Origin: Octopus sinensis
Taxonomy: Eukaryota
Direction of reading: 5' to 3'
Length of the DNA stretch: 64,000 bases
Assembly (NCBI RefSeq): GCF_006345805.1
Contig: NC_043004.1
Span: 72,664,001 to 72,728,000 of the forward strand
A model generated the notes under the pieces. That model worked only from the letters and a program-made list of their open reading frames with translations, was not told where the DNA came from and made no database searches. The translations under genes were made by a program, and so were the position numbers. Of this stretch, positions 11,304 to 23,982 are shown in pieces. Position 1 is the stretch's first letter. The number at the start of each line of letters is the position of its first letter.

Positions 11304-11753
11304 AGAATACAGCGTACATTCAAACACAAAAGAGATACCCAAAGAATAGGATATCTGACTCACTAGAAAGAGCAGTTAAACTCCAAGCCACTAATGAAAT
11401 ATTTTGGGGGCTAATTTTGGAAGAAAATCGGTAATATATTTGCGCGGTGGATTCGAAAAATTAGAACCTATAGCCACGTGGCTGATTACATATAGCTCTG
11501 TGTCTATGTGTTCAGTCTTGGCAACCTACTGAAGAAACAGCGCCAGGTATAGACTGAAAATATTTTATTTCAGTCTGTATTTAAGTCTGCAGAAACCTTG
11601 CAAGGTTTAGGATTCAGGTAAAAGTTTTTAATTTTTCAATCACTTTCAGAATTACAACAATTAGTGGCTTGGAGTTTAACTGCTCTTTCTAGTGAATCAG
11701 ATATCCTATTCTTGGGGTATCTCTCTTGTGTTTAAATGTACGCTGTATTCTTC
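11304..11753 (+). mobile_element. Non-coding fold-back cassette (~90-bp inverted arms 11304-11393 and 11659-11753) enclosing a hammerhead
   Basis: Arms read directly as reverse complements; Penelope-like pLTR origin is inferred. Confidence 0.7.
11525..11611 (+). ncRNA. Type I hammerhead ribozyme motif (CUGAAGA...GAAA; palindromic stem III ACCUUGCAAGGU; GUU cleavage after 11607)
   Basis: Stem I ccta/tagg; CTGAAGA 11529-35; long stem II containing a 12-bp hairpin but with an imperfect closing pair; GAAA 11592-95. Confidence 0.65.
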
Positions 11754-11866
11754 TTTGAATAATATATAGTCTACTGACTAATTTTTTCCTTCTCGCTAGA
11801 CCACTAGTAACTAAGAATTTTTTCGATAAATATTCTTGCTACCCTAAAATTTTAATTATATATATA

Positions 11867-12250
11867 GGCGCAGGAGTGGTTGTGTCGTAAGTAGTTTGCT
11901 AACCAACCACATGGTTCCGGGTTCAGTCCTGCTGCGTTGCATCTTGGGCAAGTGTCTTCTGCTATCGCCCGGGGCCGACCAATGCGAGTGGACTTGGTAG
12001 ACGGAAACTGAAACAAGCCTGTCGTATATATGTATATATGTGTATGTGTGTGTGTCCCCCTAGCATTGCTTGACAACCGATGCTGGTGTGTTTATGTCCC
12101 CGTCACTTAGCGGTTCGGCAAAAGAGACCGATAGAATAAGTACTAGGCTTACAAAGAATAAGTCCCGGGGTCGATTTGCTCGACTAAAGGCGGTGCTCCA
12201 GCATTGCCGCAGTCAAATGACAAACGAGTAAAAGTAAAGTAAGTAAAGTA
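11867..12250 (+). mobile_element. SINE family A
   Basis: Full-length copy. Confidence 0.9.
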
Positions 12251-12324
<74 letters not shown>

Positions 12325-12394
12325 TTCTTTCCTGAGCGTCCAATATACGATTTTTTCCCTCTGTCTTCCTACTCCGGATCTTTCCTTCTCCTAT

Positions 12395-12428
12395 GTTTCC
12401 GACGAGAGCTCAGCTCGAAACATTAAAC
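12395..12428 (+). ncRNA. Minimal hammerhead variant (CCGACGA core; stem III ACAU, probably decayed from ACGU)
   Basis: gttt/aaac stem I, GAGC-tca-GCTC stem II, GAAA 12417-20; in a (TA)n-flanked element with a 23-bp direct repeat. Confidence 0.55.
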
Positions 12429-12514
12429 CCTCCTTCTTTCCTGAGCGTCCAATAATACTATATTTGTTCCACGTCCTCGCGTTGTTGTGTTTTTATGTGC
12501 TTTCTTGTTTGGAT

Positions 12515-12557
<43 letters not shown>

Positions 12558-12779
12558 TATATATATTAATTATAAATCTCTGAACGAGATATAAACAGTA
12601 ACCGCTCGACAACGTAAGGCCTACTAGCCATCTGAATGTGGCTAGCCACTGGGGGTGGGGTGCTACTGATGCTTTTAGCCCCAGGCGATCAACGTCACCA
12701 GATGGACTTTAGACACTATCTCAGTGCCCTTGTGTTATTTGCAAAGAGAGGTCATCCTCACTCGAAGACCTAGGTACTA

Positions 12780-12824
12780 CATACGGACTATAGTTTCAAG
12801 GTAATTGCCTCTCGTCAACGCATG
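12780..12824 (-). ncRNA. Type I hammerhead motif (UUGACGA core, palindromic stem III ACUAUAGU, GUC cleavage)
   Basis: rc: catgcg-TTGACGA-GAGG-caatta-CCTT-GAAA-CTATAG-TC|cgtatg; 6-bp stem I; lies between ~70-bp direct repeats (~12570-12640 and ~12928-12998). Confidence 0.7.
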
Positions 12825-12995
12825 GTAAGCACCGGTCTTCGATGAAGGAGTCCCCTCGCAAATAATAATATATAACGTTTTTCACAGCAACCACTGTCAC
12901 TGATTTAGAAAAACTGTCTGAAACCAATAATAAATCTCTGAACGAGATATAAACAGTAACCGCTCGACAACGTAGGTGTACTAGCCATCTGAATG

Positions 12996-14514
12996 TGGAT
13001 TTTGGGGAAAACTTTAGTGTTTGTGGTCTTTAAAGTCAAGATGAGCAGTTATAAAAACCCTGGATTTTGGGGAAAACTTTAGTGTTTGTGGTCTTTAAAG
13101 TGAAGTTGAGCAGTTATAAAAACCCTGGATTTAGGGGAAAAACTTAGTGTTTGTGGTCTTAAAGTCAAGTTGAGCAGTTATAAAAACCCTGGTTTTTGGG
13201 AAAACTTTAGTGTTTGTGGTCTTTAAAGTCAAGTTGAGCAGTTATAAAAACCCTGGTTTTTGGGAAAACTTTAGTGTTTGTGGTCTTTAAAGTCAAGTTG
13301 AGCAGTTATAAAAACCCTGGATTTGGGGGAAAACTTTAGTGTTTGTGGTCTTTAAAGTGAAGTTGAGCAGTTATAAAAACCCTGGATTTTGGGGAAAACT
13401 TTAGTGTTTGTGGTCTTTAAAGTGAAGTTGAGCTTATAAAAACCCTGGATTTTGGTGAAAACTTTAGTGTTTGTGGTCTTTAAAGTCAAGTTGAGCAGTT
13501 ATAAAAGCCCTGGTTTTGGGGAAAACTTTAGTGCTTGTGGTCTTTAAAGTCAAGTTGAGCAGTTATAAAAACCCTGGGTTTTATGGAAAACTTTAGTGCT
13601 TGTGGTCTTTAAAGTCAAGTTGAGCAGTTATAAAAACCCTGGATTTGGGGGAAAACTTTAGTGTTTGTGATCTTTAAAGTCAAGTTGAGCAGTTATAAAA
13701 ACCCTGGATTTGGGGGAAAACTTTAGAGTTTGTGGTTTTTAAAGTCAAGTTGAGCAGTTATAAAAACCCTGGATTTGGGGGAAAACTTTAGTGTTTGTGA
13801 TCTTTAAAGTGAAGTTGAGCAGTTATAAAAACCCTGGATTTTATGGAAAACTTTAGTGCTTGTGGTCTTTAAAGTCAAGTTGAGCAGTTATAAAAACCCT
13901 GGGTTTTGGGGAAAACTTTAGTGTTTGTGGTCTTAAAAGTCAAGTTGAGCATTTATAAAAACCCTGGATTTTGGGGAAAACTTTAGTGTTTGTGGTTTTT
14001 AAAGTCAAGTTGAGCAGTTATAAAAACCCTGGATTTGGGGGAAAACTTTAGTGTTTGTGGTTTTTAAAGTCAAGTTGAGCAGTTATAAAAACCCTGGATT
14101 TGGGGAAAAACTTTAGTGTTTGTGATCTTTAAAGTCAAGTTGAGCAATTATAAAAACCCTGGATTTTGGGGAAAACTTTAGTGTTTGTGGTTTTTAAAGT
14201 CAAGTTGAGCATTTATAAAAACCCTGGATTTGGGGGAAAACTTTAGTGTTTGTGGTTTTTAAAGTCAAGTTGAGCAGTTATAAAAACCCTGGATTTGGGG
14301 GAAAACTTTAGTGTTTGTGGTCTTTAAAGTCAAGTTGAGCATTTATAAAAACCCTGGATTTTGGAGAAAACTTTAGTGTTTGTGGTCTTTAAAGTCAAGT
14401 TGAGCAGTTATAAAAACCCTGGTTTTGGGGAAGACTTTAGTGTTTGTGGTCTTTAAAGTGAAGTTGAGCAGTTATAAAAACCCTGGATTTTGGGGAAAAC
14501 TTTAGTGTTTGTGG
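12996..14514. repeat. 65-bp tandem satellite, 23 units plus a partial
   Basis: Unit tggattttggggaaaactttagtgtttgtggtctttaaagtcaagttgagcagttataaaaaccc; period confirmed at 12996, 13061 and 13126. Confidence 0.97.
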
Positions 14515-15287
14515 GATGCAACTAATCTCCACGACACTCCCTCATATAAATGTAGCGTTACCCTAACATTAAACACACCAACCAGAAAACATACCGCTAT
14601 GCTCGCAATAGATGATATCAGCAGAAACTCAGCTGCTGTCCCAGACAGATTCCCAGCAATCTTTCTCAAGCCATGCAAACGGGTCCTCTGCAAAACCACA
14701 GCAGCTACTGTTTCAGAGCTCCCTTGCAAATGGTAAGCTTCTTGACAAACTAAAGGAAGGAATAAGATGCCCTAACCATAAAGGAATAATCAGAGCAGAT
14801 ACTATAAATTATATGCCTTCCTCCCTGACCTCACACATCCGCGGAGTCGTGGAACGAATAGTCCACAGGAAATGAATTGCATTCGTTGAAGACAATGACT
14901 TCCTGACTGAGACCCAACATCGTTTTCGACCAAGCAGAAGCTGCTTAACACAGCTCTTGCAACATTACGACCGGGAGTTAATGCAGCAGCTCAAAAACTC
15001 AAATATGGACAACTTATATACCTCAACTTTGCAAAAGTCTTTCACAAAGTTGACCATGGTATAATTTCTCACAAGCTCCAAAATCTTGGCCTATTTTGAA
15101 ACTTGGAAAATGGCCGTCATGTCTTTCTGAAAGACAGAAGTCAGGGAGTGGTGGTCAATGACGCAAAATCCAACAAAACATAAATAATGATTGATCTTCC
15201 ACAGGGCACTGTCCTCGAGCCCCTGTTATTCATAGTGGCCTTCCGTGACACTCTCACTCCAACTTGAGTAACTGCTCTTGTTAGCTA

Positions 15288-15694
15288 TACTCTTTTACTC
15301 TTTTACTTGTTTCAGTCATTTGACTGCGGCCATGCTGGAGCACCGCCTTTAGTCGAGCAAATCGCCCCCAGGACTTATTCATTGTAAGCCTAATACTTAT
15401 TCTATCGGTCTCTTTTGCCGAACCGCTAGGTTACGGGGATGTAAACACACCAGCATCGGTTGTCAAGTAATGCTAGGGGGACAAATACAGGCACACAAAC
15501 ACATACACACACATATACATATACATATATACGACAGGCTTCTTTCAGTTTCTGTCTACCAAATCCACTCACAAGGCATTGGTCGGCCCGGGGCTATAGC
15601 AGAAAACACTTGCCCAAGATGCCACGCAGTGGGACTGAACCTGGAACCATGTGGTTTGTAAGCAAGCTACTTACCACACAGCCACTCCTGCGCC
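15288..15694 (-). mobile_element. SINE family A
   Basis: Full-length reverse complement. Confidence 0.9.
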
Positions 15695-15865
15695 TATGCG
15701 GATGATACAGATGATACAGAAGTCTCTCAGAGGATGCAGAACTCTGCAGATGCAGTGCATCTGCAACGTGAGTTGGACGTAATGCATAGGTGGATTGATG
15801 AAAAAAACATGCAGTTTAATGCAGGAAAATTCCAAGCCCTGCACTACCAACACAAAAAGCTGCAT

Positions 15866-16262
15866 GATCATCATTGTTCGACCGTGGTCGAGACAATGGA
15901 ATTTGCTATGTTACGCCAGACCTCACGGTCCATCATAGCATTACGGAGGTCCTGTTGCTGGCTTCCAGTATCCCTCAGGGTAGGAGAGTATGCGCCCTCT
16001 GGTATCGTGAGTAGATGGCTTCCAGAGGAGAAGAGTAGAAATTGCTTTGTTTTCAGCTCTACAACAATGTCCAGCAAACTGGACTCTCCTACTTTTCAAA
16101 AGAGATGACACAGGTGGTAATTTCCCATATATTTGTACTTTGGTTGGATGACGCTTCCACGAGAGATTTTGAGCTCTCATAAGGAGGTGGGGGTAGGTTC
16201 CATCCAACCGCCTCTCAAGCTTCTTTGATAACGTCCAGGTTTCTGAGCCATATAGTAGAATT
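15866..16262 (-). mobile_element. 5'-truncated RTE-clade LINE 3' end
   Basis: RRVQFAGHCCRAE and DLRNAMMDREVWR motifs. Confidence 0.75.
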
Positions 16263-17044
16263 GGTTCGACTGTGGCTTTGAAGATTTTAAGTTTGAAATC
16301 TCTACTTAGATTTAATGACCAGATCTTATGCTCAAAAGGCGCAATAAAAAGCAGATAGGATATACTGACTCACGAGGGATTCCAGTCTCTGAATTAAAAT
16401 CACCGCATGACCTGGGAATCGACAAGAGTAATGATGCATATTTACATCTGCACATTATTAAGTTGGCAATAAAGCACAAACGTCTAGAAGGGGGGGATCC
16501 TTTCAACTTTCAAAACAAGAGAAAAGGAAATTATAATGGTTATCTGTGGTCACCAAACAGAAAGACGGTTTGTCACGTCCCTGGCCTGCCATGTGTGATA
16601 ACTCAAAGATCAAGGGACCCCGTGAGATACCAGGTATAAAATAATAGATCACCCAGGGCCCTATATTAATGGGTGTGGCCGTTGCAAAATCTGCATCGCA
16701 GAGAGAGCTAAAATTCTTAAGGGCTATGCTAAACCTGGCGCGTAAATACTCGTAAAGAAGTTTCTGCTAAATATGGCCAATTCAAGCGCTACCTACTGGA
16801 AAATTGGATCTTCCAGTTTGAAGGTTAGGTTTTTTTTGTGTCTATAAGGGTTGTTTATATTCTGGTTTTTTTTATATGTAAAGACTTAAATATCATTTTA
16901 TGAGCGTTTCCTCATTCTGCGACGTAGAAAATTAAACGTTTTGTCTCTGTATAGACTCTGACGAGCTGTCCACAACGCTTTGATTTTGTGTATACCAAAA
17001 CCTTTGGTAACCCTGGGTACAAAATTTATATATATAAGCGATAT

Positions 17045-17077
17045 TGGTGGGGACAAACATACACACAAACGTATATA

Positions 17078-17123
<46 letters not shown>

Positions 17124-17291
17124 TACGACGGGCTTCTTTCTGTTTCCGTCTACCAAATCCACTCACAAGGCTTTGGTCAGCCCGAGGCTATAGTAGAAGA
17201 CACTTGCCCAAGATGCCACGCAGTGGGACTGAACCCGGAACCATGATGTGGTTGTTAAGCAAGCTACATACCACACAGCCACTCCTACGCC
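17045..17291 (-). mobile_element. SINE family A, 5' portion
   Basis: Head plus core. Confidence 0.85.
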
Positions 17292-17332
17292 TACTATTTT
17301 CCCATATATATATATATATATATATATATACT

Positions 17333-17484
17333 TACTTTGATACTTTGATAGGTTTCGGCCATTATTGGCCCAGGCCATGTCTAACTTAATAGCACCACCT
17401 GGTGAAGTCTTTCAAGTCAGAATGTGGGCACTATGGCCCACTCAAGTAGAGAGTTATTGTTTACAGAGACATATCCGGGTGTAG
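17333..17484 (-). mobile_element. Short 3'-end copy of the CR1-like family at 35037-39698
   Basis: Reverse complement matches ~39556-39698, including the (TATCAAAG)2 tail. Confidence 0.9.
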
Positions 17485-18178
17485 GGGGACAGAGAGAGGG
17501 GGACAGAGAGAGAGGGGACAGAGAGACAGAGAGAGGGAGACAGAGAGACAGAGAGACAGAGAGAGGGAGACAGAGAGAGGGAGACAGAGAGAGGGGAACA
17601 GAGAGACAGAGAGACAGAGAAAGAGAAGGACAGAGAGACAGAGAGAGGGGGACAGAGAGAGAGGGGACAGAGAGACAGAGAGAGGGAGACAGAGAGACAG
17701 AGAGGGAGAGAGAGGGAGACAGAGAGAGGGGAACAGAGAGACAGAGAGGGGGGGACAGAGAGACAGAGAAAGAGAAGGACAGAGAGACAGAGAGAGGGGG
17801 ACAGAGAGACAGAGAGAGGGGCCAGAGAGACAGAGAGAGGGGAGACAGAGAGACAGAGAGAGAGGGGACAGAGAGACTGAGAGAGGCTGGACAGAGAGGC
17901 AGAGAGAGAGGGGGACAGAGAGACAGAGAGAGGGGGACAGAGACACAGAGAGAGGGGGATAGAGAGACAGAGAGGGGGGGCAGAGAGACAGGGAAAGAGA
18001 ATGACAGAGAGACAGAGAGACAGAGAAAGAGAAGGACAGAGAGACAGAGAGAGGGGGACAGAGAGACAGAGAGAGGGGGACAGAGAGACAGAGAGAGGGG
18101 ACAGAGACACAGAGAGAGGGGAGACAGAGAGACAGAGAGAGGGGGACAGAGAGACGGAGAGAGGGGGACAGAGAGAGA
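17485..18178. repeat. Purine-only-like (GAGACA/GAGAGG)n compound minisatellite
   Basis: Direct reading; the ORFs across it are low-complexity artefacts. Confidence 0.92.
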
Positions 18179-18891
18179 CTATAGTAGAAGACACTTGTCC
18201 AAGGTGCCACGCAGTGTGACTGAACTCGGAGCCATGGGGTTCGTAAGCAAGCTACTTACCACACAGCCATATTTTTCTGAATACAGGAATTTCAACATCT
18301 CATGGGCTGCTCTCACAAGACTATCATCTGGAGTGAGTGTTACACACACATACAAATATGCACACAGCGCGCACGCACACGCACGCACACGCACACGCAC
18401 GCACACGCACACTTACGCACACACGTACGTACACGCACGGTGTCCTCGGCTGATAAGTGAAGTGGATTCCAAATAAAGGATCGGTGTACAACTTTTATAT
18501 CACAAAAATGCAATGTGTTATTTACTTCACAGGAAACACTAGCGCATACATATATCTATCTATCTATCTATCGACGGACGTGTTGTCACCTCGGCTCCGA
18601 AGGTAATCGTTTATTTTGACTATTTATAGCCCATATTTTGTGTACATTTTTGTAAATAAGGTGTGTAAAGCACCCAACTTTCGTTTGAGTGCTTTTCCAA
18701 GGAAGGAATTCGCCCCTAGGGGCAGTTTCGACCCCATTTAATTTGTGTGTATTTTCTTCTCGACATTAAAAAATGTCGAGAAATGTTATTGTAGAACGCT
18801 GGTCGCGTTCCTTTATGGACCAGCTTTTTCCTAGACTTGAAACGCGAGGAGAAAAAAGAACTTATGCACGCAAAGTGCAAACCTGAATGAC

Positions 18892-20720
18892 ATGGTAGTG
18901 AACGCTGCAACCACTTGCGGTAACAGCCCTGTCACCACCACCACCACCACCACCACTAACAACAACAACAAGACTACTACTGCTACCACCACCACCACGA
19001 CCAACATAAATGATAAAAATGAAACTCACGCGAATACTATTAACAAAAACAACAACAACAAGAACAACAATAAAAATGAAATAAATATCTTACCATCTAA
19101 TAGTGAAGATGTTAATACAACAGAATCAACAGCAGCTGTAAAAGCCACGTACAAGAATATTTCGGATACAACAACAAAAACACACAACGACAACAACTGC
19201 CAGAATATAACAGTAAATTTCGATGACGCCCTGCGTCAGAAAAAAGAAATTGTAAAATTTACGAATGAAGAGTTTATAGAAACGAGAGCACTCTTTACAA
19301 CCCAAGGGTAGGATTTAGTGCTGCATACACCTCAACACATAAAGGAACAAATAGAAAATAAGACAATTATATATAAAATTATAAGAAAAAACAAAAAACA
19401 AAATGAACAGATTACAAAAACGGACATAGAAAAATGTTTAAAAACATGATGAAAAAAAAGAATATATAAACTGGGGTCCCCAGTTTAATACAGTGGTGGT
19501 CCGCTTCCCTAACCAGGAAGTGTCAAAAGCTCACTCTATGGAGTCTTTGCAAAATTATGAAATCATCATGGTACCATATTACAAAGGCCAGAGAGTGAGT
19601 AGAATTAGCATTAAAAATGTACCTCCCGAGATACCTAACAAATGGATAACAGTGGGCAATCTGTTACCATTTGAAAACGATAAACATATTAGAAACCACC
19701 GTGTACAAAAATGACAATTGGGGTGGTAAAACAATAGTAGTGACCATCCAGATTGAGGGGTCCTCTATCGAGAACCTACCTGATAGGATCCATTTAGAAA
19801 ATGGGCAAAGCCTATATGTTGTAGCAGAAGGCAAAAAGCCTAGATGCTACAAATGTGGCAGCCCAGAACATTTAATTGCCAAGTGCGCTCTGGCACAGAA
19901 AAAACAAGAAAGAGCAAATCAGAAAACAAATAAAAAACCCTTGTTTCCAACACCAACACCAACACACTCAATTATGGAACAATGCCAAGAAAAACAACAA
20001 ACCAGCAAACAAACCCCAACAACATCACCAAGAAAAGAAACAGTACCAACACAATCACCGTTGACGTCGCAACCAATTCAACATACTGAACCAACAAAAG
20101 ATAAACCAACACCAACACCGAGGACGACAATTAAAAAGACAGAAAACAGTGACGAGAAGACAAATTCTACCCCTAACACCACAACAACACAAACACCGCA
20201 CAAAACATCAGCAATTTCTACAAGCATACATATTAATGCAAATGCTTTGCCTTTACCCCCTTCTGATTCGTCGGACGACGAAAGTTCGACGGAATGGCAA
20301 ATAGCCACAGGGGGTAAAAGGAAAAGATCCAAAAAGCCCACCAAACAAGGAAGTAAAGCAGGGAGATATTTAACTCCGGACAGCATCCCGCTAGACAATC
20401 AAAAAATCAATGAACCCGCAAAACCACACACACAACTAACTGCAATAGACACAGACAATAAAAAATTAATGGATTACATTGCATCCAACACGGACATCTG
20501 TGAAGATGACTTTAAGACAAACAATCATCCGCGCACCACACCACCGAAACACATAAGAATTGTACACATAACACAAACACAACACCATACACTGAAAACA
20601 ATATTTCCAAATGCGGTAGGCGGGTTTCAACGATACCTCTCCAAAAAACTATACAAACACCTCCTCAAAGACACTACAAAAGAAGAACAAAAAAATGAAA
20701 CTTTCGAAATGAGTAAGTGA
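18892..20720 (+). pseudogene. LINE ORF1 (Thr/Asn-rich N-terminus, CCHC knuckle CYKCGSPEHLIAKC), disrupted
   Basis: ORF segments 18892-19311, 19493-19714 and 19671-20720. Confidence 0.8.
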
Positions 20721-20786
20721 CCTTCCCTCTTGTCTCTTGTCTCTTCCAATGTAGTGTGTGAAACACAATTTTCGTAAACGTCAATT

Positions 20787-23700
20787 ATGTTTAAATTAGG
20801 TTGTGTGAATGCGCGTGGCTTGGCGTCGGCTTGGAAGCAAGGTTACCTTCTAAACGACATCAAGTTACTGAACGTGGATATAGTAGCTATCAGTGAAACC
20901 AGACTCAGCAAGCCACGGGCCCTCGCGTCCATGTTTGGCGATCATTTCGACATTTATTTTTCTCCCTGTCTGCCGAACATGGGTGGTGGAGGTACCGCGG
21001 TGCTTTTTCGAAAGAGTCTAAATGTAAAAGTAAGAACAATATTCCTAGACCCGTAGGGTAGGCTGGTTCTCTTGGACGTGGATGGCAGAAATGGGTGTGC
21101 ATTCCATCTGATGGCAGTTTATGCACCGTCCTTAACGGGTCGGGCGGATTTCGTCAGACGTCTAGAGGTTTTCCTGGGTACGTCTAGACCTTTACTGTTA
21201 GTAGGGTATTGGAACGCTACCTTAGACACGCATCTAGATTATGTGGGAATGGATAGGAATAGAAGGTGGTGTAAGTGCCTCAAAGACCTACTCAGACATT
21301 TCCATTTGTCTGACAGGTTCCGACTCGACCATCCGAACGTGCCAACGTGGATGTGGACAAACCGCGTCGGATCGTCGAGATCTTATCTAGATAGAATTCT
21401 ATGCAGGACAGCGGATAGGGATAGTGTAGGATGTCCACAATTTAAAATAGTCAGCTACACAGATCACAAATTTGGGACGTCTACGCTCGACTTAGATAAG
21501 ACACATAGACAGGGTCCTGGTTACTAGAAACTGAACACGTCGCTCTTAGCGGGACAGGTTTACAGGAACCGGATTAGCGAGTTAATTAAGCGGGCGCTGA
21601 CGGGAGCCGTCGTTAACAACCGCTGGTGGTTCGCCTTGAAAATGGCAATAAAATCGGAATCAATTAGGTTTAGCAAAGAATTAGCGATAGATCGAAATAG
21701 AGTAGAGGGAGACCTGTTAAGAAACTAGAAGAGGCACTTACCACTGGCAGCGCAACCAACGTGCTGAGTGCGAGGATGGCCCTCGACCAACACCTCAACG
21801 CCAAGCACGAAGGTTGCGTCGTCACAGCTAAAATGCATGCCTTAAGGAACGAAGGGATCGAAGCTGCGCGAGAGACCCGGGTAGCGGAGGTGCAGCGTTG
21901 CAACAGAGACACCATTCGGTCTCTAATAGATCAACAGGGATGCAGTTTACTCGAACCCGAAAGGATGTGTGAAGCCTTTCAACAGCACTTTGCTCGACTG
22001 TTTGGTGCGAGTGGTGGGTCGGAACGCGGGATGGATTTCAGTGCCTACCTGACCGACGTACTGCGGCTCTCGGCAAGAGAAGCGGAGTGTTGTGAAAGTC
22101 CCATCACAGCCGCTGATGTGTGGGATGCGATGGCCGGCTGCGCGAGGGATAAGTCGCCTGGATAGTAATAGCCGAGAGGTTGGCGCTTGTCATTGCTAAA
22201 CTGGTCGACAGGGCGCAAACATGCGCCGTGCCGAGCAGAACCATACATGACAACCTCCATCTGATGCGCTACATTGTGGACAGGGTAGTTAAGGATCCTG
22301 GCATGGGTGGGGAGCTGATCAATTTGGATCAGTCTAAAGCCTTCGATAGGGTCGACCATCGGTACTTGGCGGCCGTCCTCAGGGCGGCTGGCTTCGGTCC
22401 CGTCTTCCGCGGTTGGATCGCTGCCTTGTATAGCGGCATCCGATCGGTGATTCGGGTGAACGGTCACCTGTCGAAACCGTTTGACATCACGCGTTCGGTC
22501 CGTCAGGGGTGTCCCCTGTCGGCGCTTCTGTATGTATTGACTCTCGAGCCGCTACTGCGGAAGCTGGCGACACTGAGGGGCATCCCACGGGAACTGGGTT
22601 GCGGGACGAGCGTGTCGGCATATGCGGATGCTGTCATCGTCATAGTGTCGAGTGACAAACACATCCAGATGATAGGCGAGACACTAAGAAAATACGAAAC
22701 GGTGACGGGAGCGAAGATTAACCCGGAAAAGTCAGTGGGTTTGCTACTCGGCACCTGGAGAAGCAAGCCCATGCCGTCCGACTGCGGCACAGTAGTGGGA
22801 CGCTGGACGGACGGACCGGTTAAATTGCTCGGGGTCTGGTTCAGTCCGGACCTCCAAATGGATAAGAACTGGGACGAGATCACGAGTAGAGTGGACGCTC
22901 TCAGCCAAACATGGGCCGAGAGGAAGCTGTCTCTAAAAGGCCGGGTGGAAGTGGCGAACGCGTACATCGCATCCGTCATCGATTACCGCCTGACCGTCGT
23001 ACCTTGTCCCGACGCCACCATCACAAAACTGGAACGCATACTCTTCCGCTTCCTGTGGAAGGGTGGCGTTCCGATGGTGAGGAAGTCCATTTGCTGTCAA
23101 CATCCGTTGAATGGAGGACTGGGCATGCCGTGGTTTCGACATCTCTGGAACTTCATCGACGACGGTGAACAGGTGTGGGCGCCGTTTGTGAGGCGCGCCT
23201 TCCCGCAGCTCGTCTCACTGACCGAACTGCAAACGTGGATCAAGAAGAGACCGAAACTGGGCGATTGGCACCGAGAGTGTCGCCAAGCTCTACAGCAGCT
23301 CTGCCGACCGGGGTCAAACTTGTGCAACTTACAAACGACTAAAGCGTTCTATAGAGGACTAGTGGAGGGAAGGTCCGACGACACACTCGGGGCAAACCTG
23401 GGCATCGACGAGAAATTCCTAACCCGCCTGTTCAGGACGACGTTCGGGCCGGGGCCTATGGATAACTTCCAGAAATCCCTGGCTTGGCAGTGCTATCGAG
23501 ATGCACTACCTGTTCAAGAGAAGAGCTACAGGCACGGTTCGAAAACCATCACCGGACCGACCTGCCCGAGATGCGGTCAGAGCGACGAAACCGTTCTGCA
23601 CGCACTCGTCCAGTGTCCAGATATTTCAGAGCTGTGGACCTTCGTCGAACAGCTGTTGTCACGTGTAGGTCGGGCCCGCTTATCGGCCGAGTCTATCGTC

Positions 23701-23982
23701 AATGTTGTTCCACCACCTTCCTTTAAACGGGAAGGGAAAACGGTTTTCGTTACGCTGATGGCTATGGCGAAAGAATGTGTGTGGTGAACGCGTTTGAAAG
23801 GACTGCAAACAAACACCTTCCTCTCTGGTCAGTCTCTCGTCAACTTTTTCAAGTACCACTTGAAAAGGAGGATGAGAATAGAGAGGAAGGCTTTGTCGAA
23901 CGAATGTTTTAATAAAAAGTGGGTAAAAGTGGCACAAATTGTCAGTATGAAAGACGACACTATTTTAAGCATAAATCTGTAA
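20787..23982 (+). pseudogene. LINE ORF2 (APE endonuclease, RT, zinc-binding CPRC...H...C), several stops and frameshifts
   Basis: GCVNARGL, VAISET, YLDR, YTDHK, DQSKAFDRVDH, VRQGCPLS, AYADAV, CPRCGQSDETVLHALVQC. Confidence 0.92.

Larger units (their letters stand above)
14515..16790 (+). pseudogene. Heavily degraded CR1-like LINE RT, split by SINE A and RTE insertions
   Basis: Remnants of the PD.FPAI.LK, NY...SLTSH, H.FR..RSCLTQLL and YL.FAK.F.KVDH motifs. Confidence 0.7.

Noticed and set aside
12996-14514. CRISPR-like regular repeat array
   Set aside because: Contiguous tandem units with no unique spacers, a eukaryotic context and no cas genes; it is a satellite.
16958-16990. CTGACGAG as a hammerhead core
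   Set aside because: No downstream GAAA or stem II partner.
17424-18476. 350-aa Arg/Glu/Gly-rich ORF and 246-249-aa Leu/Ser-rich antisense ORFs
   Set aside because: Translation artefacts of the GA-rich minisatellite and a LINE tail.
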